Positions 52,415-64,000 of a stretch of 64,000 nt of DNA are shown here, one piece after another (the stretch's first letter is position 1; every line of letters begins with the position of its first letter). Under the pieces are notes generated by a model. That model worked only from the letters and a program-made list of their open reading frames with translations, was not told the DNA's origin and ran no database searches. The translations under genes were made by a program, and so were the position numbers. The stretch covers positions 1 to 64,000 of the forward strand of contig NW_026917900.1 in assembly GCF_032062105.1 (NCBI RefSeq), given 5' to 3'. Source of the stretch: Saccostrea cucullata (taxonomy: Eukaryota).

Positions 52415-53340
52415 ATTTTCATGTATGAGACGAGAAATATTATTAAGGCAAATATGTATAAGTTATTCATGTTAATTTTGCTCCCATTAAAAGTCATTGA
52501 CATGAGTAGATTATATTTGTTAGCCATGTACATCTATATTAGCTTACTGAGCGACTAATTGATCAAATTTCAGGTCCCTGTGCATAATGCTTCCTATTAT
52601 GTTTGCACAAAATGCAAGTTAAATATTAAGTTTTATATTTTACACAGAAATTTGAATAATTTTAAAATAACACAGATGAAAAATAGCGCATTTCTACACC
52701 TGAAAAATAAAATTTTAAATAATGGGATAGGCAGATATTTTGAATTACTAATCACAAAAAAAATACATCGGGTTTCATTTAATATGGGTTCCATTATACA
52801 AAGATAATTTTTATTATATAAAGGAAAAAAATCAGTGTGAGATGTTTGTTAAATGTATATATATTCTTAAATTGTTAAAGATTTTATTTTTCACTTCTTT
52901 TGAATTTTTAATAATTTACATCTATATCTGTTTTATACAGTGATTTATAATGTAGAAAATACATTGGATAGGAATATTATTGACGATTCGACATTAACTT
53001 GGTGATCATAGTACAAATGCAAAATACTCCTCTGTTATTTTCCTAGAATTCAGATTGAGCATTTGTTTCGGAAACAAATCATACGTATGTTAAAAGAAAA
53101 CAAGATTTCTGACTGTTAAATAGCGTGTCTTTGTTAAATTCTTCAATGAATTATTCAGTGAACTATATATATGTAGTACATACCTTTTCAACACCTCTGT
53201 CAGACTTTTTATTGGACTTTTTTTCTCGCATCAGTTTCTGACTTTTCGTTCGTACACGGTTACAAATCCCTGTAACTCATTTCCCCAAATGACAAGGAAA
53301 AGGGCTTTGTCATCGGGATTCCCGGATATGCATTGAAGGG
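52415..53340 (+). repeat. ~1-kb dispersed direct duplication, copy 2
   Basis: Colinear with 43030-44058; similarity ends at 'ttgaaggg'. Confidence 0.85.
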
Positions 53341-54007
53341 ACTTTTCACTCGAAGCTCCCCGGGAGGCTCGTATCTCGCATACTAACCTCGGACGTCAAA
53401 GGTGTTCCACCATCTTGCTGCGTCAGTGATTTGATCTTATTTGAATTTCATTCAGATGTTATACTTTTGAAATCCGAGTTACTTTGTAGCACGCCAGAGA
53501 CAGTATGTTCTTGCTTTCAAAAACTACTAACATATGGTTGTAATAAAAATGAGGAAGTACACAAGTACAGAAACCTTTTCGAAGAACTTAAGGCAGAGTG
53601 AAATATGAAATGAGTGAGACGGCAGTTTTCAGCGGAAAATGTATCAATTTGATGCGTATTATTCCACCTATCACATCCGAGGTTTGAATGGAGTGTATCG
53701 GCGTCAGCCGAGGATTGTTGATTTGGGACTTTTTGTTTTTGCTTTAGGGGTTAGTTGAACTCTTTTTCTTTTATTTTGACCTTTTTTACAAACAAAGAAT
53801 GTCGTTCGGCCCCTTTTATTGAGATATTGCCTAATTGTGAACTGTTAGTGCTGAAATTGGTGTTGAAAAGACGACCAGAAATTTAATTCTGCGAGTTTCA
53901 TCTTACAAATTAACCGGTCTTGTTTAAGATCCATGAAGCAAATTTGACAATTTTTAATGTTTTATTTATGTCACTATGACCCTAAAAGATTTTAAAACTT
54001 ATGTTCC

Positions 54008-54898
54008 AATTTAAAACATTGCTGTGACGTCATGTCTTTGTTCTTGCAGTCTAAAAGTTTACCTGTAGCCGTCCGATAATAATAATTACCAGTCTGATAA
54101 TATATTATCGGACGGCAATAATAACAAAATCGGACGGTATTTAAAAAAACAAAAATAAGAGTGAAATAAAGATTAAACATGTCCAAAACCAAAAAAAAAA
54201 AAAAGTTAGGAAAAAAAATTCAGGGAAGGCAATCGCAAAGAAATCAAGTTGCTATACAAAATAGCAAATCCATGAAGAAATCGAGTTTAATCCTTCCTCA
54301 AAATTAATACTTCCCATCTTTTAAAAGTGTTTTTGATACAGCACTATGAATAAGCGAATTTAATCCATTTCTGAGAAATAATCGACAAAACTATTAATTT
54401 TATAAGGATTGTTTCCAGGTGGCTGCACTTTTAAAACCTGAGAATTTCCATTATATAAAAACTGAATTCCAGGATGAAAATCTCCATTTTTACTTTCCAA
54501 AAAATGAAATCTGTATCAATTTCAATTTATGCACAAAATAAATGAAAATGTCCCAAATTTAAAAGGAAATCATTCACCACCGGACCCCTGTCCTGCTTCG
54601 CTAAACGACTGCCATTGAATGAATGAAATAACAAGAGTTCACTCACTGTTTTCACCGTTTCATTTCTTTTGTCTACTTATTAGACGGGTAAAAAAACAAT
54701 TGATCCCCAAACTCCCATTGTGTTATTATCGGACTCCTACAGGTAACTTTTGGACATTTAAATGGCAATGTTTTAAGTAAGATATATGCCTCATACTATT
54801 CTATATGTAAAATTATCAGACAGTTTTCGGCCCTAACGGGCCTCAAACAGTCTGATAATTTTACATATAGAACAGTATTCGGCATATATCCATTACAT
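54008..54898 (+). mobile_element. Hairpin-ended element, copy 2 (internally deleted)
   Basis: Matches 16167-17522 but lacks ~16350-16800; terminal palindrome at 54777-54896. Confidence 0.75.
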
Positions 54899-54986
54899 AT
54901 ATACTTCTATCATCATTATATCAATGGCTAGAATGGAACCCCATCCCCAACCCCATATGAGTAATCGAACTAGATTAGATTGGTTT

Positions 54987-54990
<4 letters not shown>

Positions 54991-55034
<44 letters not shown>

Positions 55035-56454
55035 ATTTTGTCTGTAGTCCGTCTGTCTGTCTGTCCGTCCGTCTATCTGTCTGTAATTTTTTCTCATTGT
55101 CAACTTCTTCTCAAGAACCATTGGACCCATTTTAACCAACTTTGCAACAAATCATCCTTGGATAAAAACAATTCAAATTTGTTCAAATGAAGGGTCATGT
55201 CCTAATTCAAGGGGAGATAATCCTGAAATAGTGAAAATCTAGTGGCATATTTTAAAAATTTTCTTCTCAAGAACCACTGTGGCAGGAAATTTGAACTTAT
55301 GTGGTAACATCTTCAGGTAGTGTTGATTCAGATTTGTCAAAATCATGACCCCCGGGGGTAGGGTGGGGCCACAATGGACGATCAAATTTTTACACAGAAA
55401 TATATTGGAAACAATTTTAAATCTTCTTCTCAAGAACAGCAAAGCCATGATTGGTCAAATTAATATCGATGGAAGCATTCTCAGGTAGTGTAGATTCAAG
55501 TTTGTTCAAATTATGACCCCCATAGGATGAAGAGGACGATCAAAATTTTACAAAGAAATATATAGGAAAAATCTTTCAAAATATTTTCAAGAACAGCAAA
55601 GACGTGATTGGTTATATCTATAAGGAAGCCTTTTTTCTTTAGAACAGAAAATCCCTGATTTTTCATATTTATATGGAAGCATCCTCAGGTAGTGTAGTTT
55701 CTAGTTTGTTCAAATCGTGACCTCGGGGGTAGGGCAGGGCCACAATGGACGATCAAAGTTATACATGGAAATATATATGAAAAATCTTTAAAAATCTTTT
55801 CCCCAACAACAGCAAATACGTGATTTGTCATATTTATATGGAAGCATCCTCAGGTAATGTAGATTCAAGTTTATACAGATCATGGCCCCTGGGGAAGGGC
55901 GGGGCCACAAGGGACGATAATAGTTTTGCGTAGAAATATATGAAGAAAAAACTTTAAACATTGGAAAAACCGGGTTTTTTTCCAATACCACTGGGCCAGG
56001 AAAAATGAAACTCATGTGGAAATATCCTCAGGTTGTGTGGATTTAAATTTTTTTCAAATCATGACCCCTTGGGGTTGGGGTTGGACTACAATGAACCATC
56101 AAATTTTTCCAAAGGAATACATAGGAAAAATCTTTTAAAAATCTTCTTAACAACAGCAGAGCCCTAATTGGTCAATTTAAATGGAAGCCCCTTAGGTATC
56201 GTAGATTCAATTTTGTTTCAATTGTGCCCCTAGGGGTAGGGAGGGGACCATAGTAGAAGATAAAGCATATAGGAAAAAAATCTTTTTTTCAAACTCCTAA
56301 AGCCAAGATTTGTCCAAGAAATATATGGTAACATACTCACTGTAGCTTCAAGTTCAAATCATACCTCCTCCCCTTAGGGATAGGTTGATGCCACTCATAA
56401 AATACTGACTAGCCAAAGTCCTCAGGTGAGTGATGTGATCCATGGGCCTCTTGT
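54991..56454 (+). mobile_element. Full-length older HINE with diverged Cg170-like monomers
   Basis: 'ttagctcacctgagctgaaagctcaagtgagcttttctgatcac', then (GTCT)n, ending 'ctcaggtgagtgatgtgatccatgggcctcttgt'. Confidence 0.88.
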
Positions 56455-57266
56455 CTTTGATATATTTTTTTACCTTGACATTTGAATTTAACCCACTTTT
56501 GAAAAACCTAAACCTTGGATAATCTTTTGAACAGTTAGCACCAGTGACCTTATTTCACAGCTGTCTTTCATGTGACAAGGCCTTAATATTTCACATTTAA
56601 GCTTCTTATGAAAAGATTATCCCTTTAGTATCCCTTAATTTGAACCTTGGATAGCAACATCATGGTGTTTGACTTGCATTTCAAAAACGTCAACCTTCAC
56701 CAAAAGCTGTCATGTGGGGGCATCTCTCAAGTGTTCCACAAGCACATAATCTCCTTACGTGCATAATTCTAAAAGGTGGTGGATAATCTTTATGTTTTTA
56801 GAATAAGAAAAACACGCTTTAAGCAAAATACTTGGGACATGCAATTTTGATTTGTTTTAAACATAATTTGTCATATCCAAGAAAATAATACATTTCAATA
56901 CCTTAGGGATTTATAATTACTTCAATGTATGCATAAATTTATTATAAGGGTGTTTGCTTTAATCATGATTTACTGTATTTGTATCATTGTATCAAATAAA
57001 ATTAATACTAAAATGGCCCACATAGCGAATGCTTACTGTATTAAATTTTTAAAAACATGCATTGTATACATAAGATATATAAGGAATTTATTATCAAAAA
57101 AAAATTCATTAGCACTTTAAGGAAAATAAAACATTTCTATAAATGCTGAAAAATGTATGGAAAACATTTCATCAGTCTTATCCAAAATTTAAATTTCGGT
57201 GGAGGAGGGGGTAGCCAGAAAAGCTAAAACTTATTCGAAAGCATCCTGGGGTAGTGTATATCTTAA

Positions 57267-57777
57267 TGCTCTGTTCACACGACGAGTTTAATTCGCAGAA
57301 AATTAATGCGAAGTAAACTAATGCGAATTAAATAAATGCCAATTAAATTGCGTTCACACGACAGGTAATGCGAAGTAAACTAATTCGAATGAAAGTTTTA
57401 CTTCTACAGTCAGGCGTCAGTAAGTCCTTTATGACTTCATTTGTAAATCACGTGCAGGGCAAACCATTTGATACATCATAGTGGCTGCAGGTATACATTA
57501 ATTTTAGTGAATGGCTGCAGGTATACATTAATTTTAGTGAATTAACATTCTTTTTCTTTAATTTTTTAACCAAATATAGCACAAATACCCGTATCTAATC
57601 ACGTCAAGATTTAATTCGAATTAGCTTCTCTTAGCGTTCACACCGAAGTAATTTAATGCGCAGTAAACTAATCGAATTAAAGCAATTCGCATTTAATTCT
57701 GCGTGTGAACGCTAAGCGAAGCTAATTCGCAGTAACTTTACATTTAATTCGAATAAACTCTCTGTGTGAACAGGGCA
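57267..57777. mobile_element. PIF/Harbinger-like MITE inserted into a decayed HINE
   Basis: TAA|tgctctgttcacac ... gtgtgaacagggca|TAA, with many taat(t/g)cg subterminal repeats. The flanks are a split Cg170-like monomer and a HINE 3' end at 57866-57900. Confidence 0.8.
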
Positions 57778-57937
57778 TAAATTGTCCAAACTCTATTTTG
57801 GGGAAGGGTGACGTCACAATAGGTATTTCAAGGGGAAGATCTGGTAAAGAAAGCATGGTCATTGCTAATCAGGTGAGCGATGTGGCACATGGGCCTCTTG
57901 AGATAACCCCTTTGAAATTATATAAATGGCATTGATT

Positions 57938-59471
57938 TTCAAACTGATTTAGCATACTTTGATTACGTCGCTCTGTAGATGTTGACATGGCGAAAAGGAA
58001 GTGTGAAAAAAAGGCCTATAAGATCTTTGCTATTTGCGTCTTTTAAAACACGTGTGAAAATCAGTTGGAGGCTTATTTCAAACCAAATTTTTATTGAAAG
58101 TCGAGAGATCATTTTTTTTTCTGATGTCAGTCATGTCATAAAAAATCTTTGAACAATGGAAGTAAAAATGGTGATAGGTTTCGTACATTATAGATCCAGA
58201 TTCATGGTAAGTTACACATGCAATACTACAAGGCATACATACTATAATGTAAAAAAGCTTTTTTGAAAGTGTCAAAAGAATTTTGCACTAACACTTAACT
58301 GCTAGGTCCTACGTTTCTAAAAGAAACCCGTTGGGGGGGGGGGGGGTATCATCTGTCGTTACAATAACCGATAAGGTTACTTTGTTAAAAATTGACACTT
58401 CTTTGAAGTATGCTAGTCTTTTTCGTGTTTTTAAGAAACTTTTTGCTCATTATCATTTATTTTATAAGGCAAGAACTTAGATCATAAATTAATCAATTAG
58501 ATGAATTAAAAATCAATTAGAATCTTGAAGCGACACGGAGGTTTCGATGTCAAAACCGAAAGTGCTTTTGATAAAGCATCTATCCGTGGATAAAACATAG
58601 GTTTATCTTACGGTTAGTATCATCCACACTTGTGAGATGTGAAGGAGTTGAATGAAGTCAATATAAAATCACACAATTTTAGATCTTTTTATCTCATACA
58701 ATTTTTGTTTAGTTTTTTTTTTCAACTTTGAGATAGCCCCTGTGAAACTTTATGAAGGATTTTTAATTCTATTCAAACTGATTACGCATAAATTAATGAC
58801 GTCGAACTGTTGATTTGACATATGGCGAAAGGAAGAATATCATGTGAAAAATATAAGAGCTTTGCTATCTAATCTGTGTCCTTTAAAACATATGTTACAA
58901 TCATTTGGGAGCTAATTTCAAACTTACTTTTGACTGAAAGTTGCAAGGACCGAGGATCATGAATATCATTCCGATGTCATTTCTTTGAACGGTGGAAATG
59001 CAAACGGTTAAAGGCTAACGTACGTTGTAGATCCATGGTCCTGATAGTAAGTTAGGGCCTACACATACATTACTATAAGGCATACATAATAATATGTAAG
59101 AAAGCAATTTTGAAAGTGTCTAAGGAATTTCCCACTAATACTTGAGTGTTGTAGGCCCTACATTTCTCTGAAAAAAGTAAGGATTGGAGGGGGACAACCG
59201 CCTTTACAGTAACCGATAGGCCTATGGATACTTTGTTCAAACTTGACACTTCTTTGAAGTATACGAATCTTTTCCTGCTTTTTATTAAATTCTTGCTCAT
59301 TATCATTTATTCTATAAGGCAAGAATTTTTACAAATTAAAGTTTTATTAATTTGAATCTTGAAGCGACGCGGAGGAATCATGTCAAAACCGGGTGTGCCA
59401 TTGATAAAGCACCTACCCGTGAATAACGCATAGGTTTATCTCACTGGTAGTATCATCCACACGTATGAGAT
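57938..59471. repeat. Diverged tandem pair of ~700-bp blocks (offset ~834 bp)
   Basis: 57938-58638 vs 58772-59471 share 'ttgacacttctttgaagtat', 'ttgctcattatcatttatt', 'gaatcttgaagcgac.cggagg' and 'tagtatcatccacac'. Confidence 0.85.
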
Positions 59472-59837
59472 AATGTTTCCCTGCGTTTCTTTTTTCTTTC
59501 AGTATATAACACTTTTCAAAAAAAAATAATGATAATTAACCTCTTGTGATGTACAATACAAATTGCTTACACAATATAAACTGAAATGAATCTTTTTTTA
59601 CATTTACTGTCCAACTCATGCTTGACTTTACAAACTAAATAGTTCAACACAAATTCAAGATCTCCTGGACTAACTGCTTCTGGTGGTGTTTTCGAACTCG
59701 CCAGCATAGATCCTCTTTGGACTCCCGGAACAGCATCCGACATCTGGATCAGGGCACCGAGCATCAACTTAAAAATGATAGCAATGAGTCAACTGGCCCC
59801 ACTTGAAAAGCAAGGAGCACGAGCAAGAACCTTCCTC

Positions 59838-60098
59838 TTAGTCTGACAGAATCAGTTTTCCAAGACCAGCACAGCGATGCTTTTGTGCTTTGCGCATATT
59901 TTGCCCTTGCCTGCAGAGGCCTAGGGGTCTGATCCGACTTGTCCTTACTGATCTCGTAAATCGTTCTGGGTGATTGCAGTCACGACGGAAATGCCCAGGC
60001 TGGTGGCATTTGAAGCATAGACCCGACTGACGTTTTCGTTTGCGTGATCCGGAGAAGGAATCTCTTCGTCTGCCTCGAGAGGCCCTTTTCTCGTGACA
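59838..60098 (-). pseudogene. gag-like remnant with a CCHC zinc knuckle
   Basis: Open frame not in the ORF track: ...RASRGRRRDSFSGSRKRKRQSGLCFKCHQPGHFRRDCNHPERF...; the CX2CX4HX4C motif spans 60017-59976. Confidence 0.7.
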
Positions 60099-60500
60099 TC
60101 ATTCTGACTCACTGTAGAACGTTGCTCTTATTCAACTTCTGCGAGTTCTTTTGACTGTTCTCCTGATTTAAGAAGTAATTTTAATTTTTGATTTCATTTT
60201 GCGATTTAAAGTATGATCTTTATCAAATTTAACTTGGACTATTTCACTGTTAATGTAAAAAATATTTACGTAATGCAATTAATTTAATTTTTGATAAATA
60301 AAATTTAGTTTTATAGCAACCACCAATGGCAATTAAAATTAATAAACGTTTAATTCTCACTTGTAAAATTGAATCAGATATAAATAGCAGTTATGATAGA
60401 AATTCAAAATGAAAATAAATTTAAATCATCTTCAGGTTTTCTCATTGGGCATTGCGCTTCATGACCCATATATGGCATGTCAAACGTTGCTTTATTCGAT

Positions 60501-60858
60501 AATCTTGTGATGTATATTCAAAATCTTGTGATGTATGTTCAAAATCTTGTGATGTATATTCATAATCTTGTGATGTATATTCAAAGTCTTGTGATGTATG
60601 TTCAATATCTCGTGATGTATATTCAAAACTTGTGATGTATATTCTATAATCTTGTGATGTATATTCGATATCTTGTGATGTGTATTCTTTAATCCTGTGA
60701 TGTATGTTCGAAATCTTGTGATGTATATTCGAAATCTTGTGATGTATATTATGTAATATTGTGATGTATGTTCGAAATCTTGTGATGTATATTCGAAATC
60801 TTGTGATGTATGTTTGATAATCTTGTGATGTATATTCGAAATCTTGTGATGTGTGTTC
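60501..60858. repeat. 21-23-bp minisatellite (~16 copies) bounded by imperfect inverted repeats
   Basis: Unit 'aatcttgtgatgtatattc(g/a)a'; flanks 'tgcgcttcatgacccata' (~60453) and 'tatgggtaatatgacgca' (ending ~60909). Confidence 0.9.
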
Positions 60859-61458
60859 TACAATTTAGTTATGCGAGCAATAATATTGCATTATGGGTAA
60901 TATGACGCAACAGTATTCCAAAAAAGTAACGTCAATTTTCTTTGGTTAGAAATAACGAAGGTAGCCGGAGCGGTGATCGACATCGTGATGCACACAACTT
61001 TGCAAGTGTGAAATTCAACCTAAAGTCAAAATTACAGGTAATACTATAGTAAGACAATATTGTGAAAATGTATTGTTTTGGTATCACGAAGCACTAAGTC
61101 AGTCATAACCTGAAAAGTGGGAATCAAGAACATTAATTTGATTTGTTTGAAGGTATTTTAACACACGACATCAAAAACAATTTAATGGCTAACTGCTTGA
61201 GAATGTTTTATCCTATTTTAAGGTCCTCATATCGTAGTGATGTTGATTAATCAGTATGATTTATCTTATATACGTGCTAGTTAGAATAATCGATAACTAT
61301 GTCTCGGGACAAATTCTCACCACGCAGGTTCGAAATTGGCCCATTGACCGTAGCACGGCGTTCAGATTTTAGAACGCAGTTCGCAGTTCGCTATTTGCAA
61401 TTCAAAAGTGAACTGCGTTCTAGAACGCAATTCAAAATTTAAACATACGCTGTGTGGT

Positions 61459-62104
61459 CTGAAATTTTGGGGGTGGGGTACTATGGCCAGATACCACTTC
61501 TATGAAAAAATGGTGATGGTACCATCTCTAGTTTCCGAGATATGGTCTTCTAGTTTTTAGCCCTACTATATAATACTATACGAATAAACATCGGGCTCGG
61601 GGACATCAAAGTCCCCTACCCTGGGGCCTGAAATTTTGGGGGTGGGGTACTAGTGGCCAGATACTACTTCTATGAAAAAATGGTGATGGTACCATCTCTA
61701 GTTTCCGAGATATGGTCTTCTAGTTTTTAGCCCTACTATATAATACTATACGAATAAACATCGGGCTCGGGGACATCGAAGACCCCTACCCTGGGGCCTG
61801 AAATTTTGGGGGTGGGGTACTAGTGGCCAGATACCACTTCTATGAAAAAATGGTGATGGTACCATCTCTAGTTTCCGAGATATGGTTTTCTAGTTTTTAG
61901 CCCTACTATATAATACTATACGAATAAACATCGGGCTCGGGGACATCCAAGTCCCCTACCCTGGGGCCTGAAATTTTGGGGGTAGGGTACTAGTGGCCAG
62001 ATACCACTTCTATGGAAAAAATGGTGATGGTACCATCTCTAGTTTCCGAGATATGGTCTTCTAGTTTTTAGCCCTACTATATAATACTATACGAATAAAC
62101 ATCG
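61459..62104. repeat. Near-identical 170-bp tandem repeat (~3.8 copies), probably carried by a HINE-like element starting ~61345
   Basis: Units start at 61459, 61628, 61798 and 61968; upstream IR 'agaacgcagttcgc...gtgaactgcgttct'. Confidence 0.9.
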
Positions 62105-62914
62105 TCTCGATATTTTGAATACATGTTCTTCGTACCTATAAATAGCAGGAAAACCCATTCCTGTCATTTCTTAGGGAAAACCCCTTGGATTTTATACGAA
62201 ACTAACTTTAGCTTCCACATGTAATACTTGTAAATAATTTATCGCATTGTCTCTGTATTAACATAAGACATTCGAAAAAAAGAACTCGTGGTTATTTTCC
62301 GATTATTCTGATTTTTATATTTTTTTCAATAACTGTAATGTTATTCACTTCTGAAATTTCATTTCAACTATAAAGTCATTTCGGAATTATATTTTTTTAA
62401 CAAAAAAATGTCTACTAAAATATGACAGATTAGATCTTCATGTACATTTGTATAATTTAGTAATTAGGGTTTTAGGGGTTTACCATTTTAATAAGAATCC
62501 AGCAATCAAAAACAAAAAAAGGGGGGGGGGGTTACAGAGGAAGAATTTAAAAATAATTAAAGTGGAAGAGGATATCCAGTATTTTGGATATGATTTATAA
62601 TAAAAGTGTTCTTATAATTTTTTTTAGATTTCTTTCTCCATGAATATGAAAATTTTATATAGCAAGATTTAAAATCTAAGTTCTTTCTTTTAAGTTGTAA
62701 AATTTCATTATAAACTTTTGTTTGATAATATACCGATATTGCCCTTTCATGATGTTTATTCATATATAGACTTCACAGAAATGCAAAATACTCCTTTTTG
62801 TGGAGTCGATAAATAAATGGATTGACCGTATGAAAGGACTACCAGGTACGTTTGTTAACTTTTTAACTGAAACAAAAAAATTGTATAAGCCATAAGTTTT
62901 CTATTTCATCTTTT

Positions 62915-64000
62915 TTTATCAAACAAACGAAGTTTTGAGGTGTATATACAATTTAAATATGGCGGTCTGGCCGTCTGTCTGTCTGTCTAGCTGTCTGGTA
63001 ACATGTACAAACGGGTCCGGTCCACATATATCTTTTGATGAAACTAAAGAATGTACTACTACCTACAAAAATTGCTCATGACCTAAGGATGTGCCATGAC
63101 CTTAACCTAAGGTCATTTTGACAAGTTCAAGGTCACTGGAAGAACTTTTTCATAAATCGTATCCGGTCCATATCTTATGTATACACTTAGTGAGTTCCCA
63201 TTTTACACTAAGATTGCTTATGACCTGAGGTTGTGCCATGACTTGACTTAAGTACATTATTTTATATATTCAAGTTCAACTTTAAGAAAAGGTTCATAAT
63301 TATATTTTCTATGCAAAAAAAAAAACCTGAATCTACCACTTTACACAAAGATTGCTAATGACTTAACGGTGTGTCATGACCTTGATTCAAATTATTTTGT
63401 GGAAGTTCAATGTGACTGGACCATAGCTTACTTATGGATAAATTTGGTGGGGTTTTCTTTTATAAAAAGATTGCTAATGACTTAAAAGTTTGACACGATC
63501 TTTAGTCATGGTTTTTTGTGCACGTTCAATGTAACAGGAAGAAAATAGAAATATGTCCATAGGACATAAATGCCCCGCCGAAGGTATACCGGGGTATTAG
63601 TAATGCAACATGAAAATTTGTATGAAATTTGTTAAGAATATCTTGAAAAGTGATGCAGTTGAATTACTTACATCAGTATGTATCAGCATATGAAGTTTCA
63701 GAAAAGTGAGGTCAAGGCAAATGAAAGGTCATGGTTAAAAACTTGTGATACAGTTGAACAGTTCTCATCCGTATGTATCAGCATAAAAAGTTGAAAAAAC
63801 ATTATTAATGTTTTAATACAATTTAATTTTAAGTTTAAACACAATTTGATATAAATGAGGTCGAGGTCAAATGAAATGTCAAAGACGAAATGTTGATGTA
63901 GTTGAAATGCTTATATCAGTATATATCAGCATATTAAGTTTGACACTAATTTTGGAAAAGTGGGTCAAAGGAAAGGTCAAGGTCAAAATTGTTAATGCAG
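62915..64000. mobile_element. Two adjacent decayed HINE-like elements with internal tandem repeats
   Basis: (GTCT)n followed by repeated 'attgct.atgac.t.a.g..gtg.catgac' (+ strand, to ~63540); then hairpin 'atgtccataggacat' and repeated 'gtatgtatcagcata...gaggtcaagg' (minus orientation). Confidence 0.55.

Noticed and set aside
60501-60858. CRISPR-like array
   Set aside because: Repeats are contiguous with no unique spacers; eukaryotic context and no cas genes.

Overview
AT-rich, repeat-dominated eukaryotic DNA. The repeat families (Helentron-derived HINEs carrying ~166-bp Cg170-like satellite monomers, a Meta/Deu-type tRNA SINE, a Penelope-like RT remnant) point to a bivalve, most likely an oyster; this is inferred from recall, not from a search. 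I see no intact conventional protein gene, and almost all listed ORFs are spurious. Recognisable coding remnants are a DIRS/Ngaro-type gag, a Penelope-like RT end, a mariner transposase, a Gypsy-type protease, a CCHC zinc knuckle and an unassigned Cys/His-rich frame at 437-802. The window also holds many non-autonomous DNA elements with identifiable TIRs/TSDs, several long hairpins and a 137-N gap. The most unusual structure is an interrupted tandem array of about 8 diverged ~1.3-kb units (15.2-33.0 kb). Most units carry minus-strand splice signals around a hydrophobic exon and a 39-nt terminal exon (SEKYWIKYxEEI*), whose between-copy substitutions look coding-like. One copy would give an intact 27-aa microprotein. 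This is a hypothesis from hand alignment, not a demonstrated gene.
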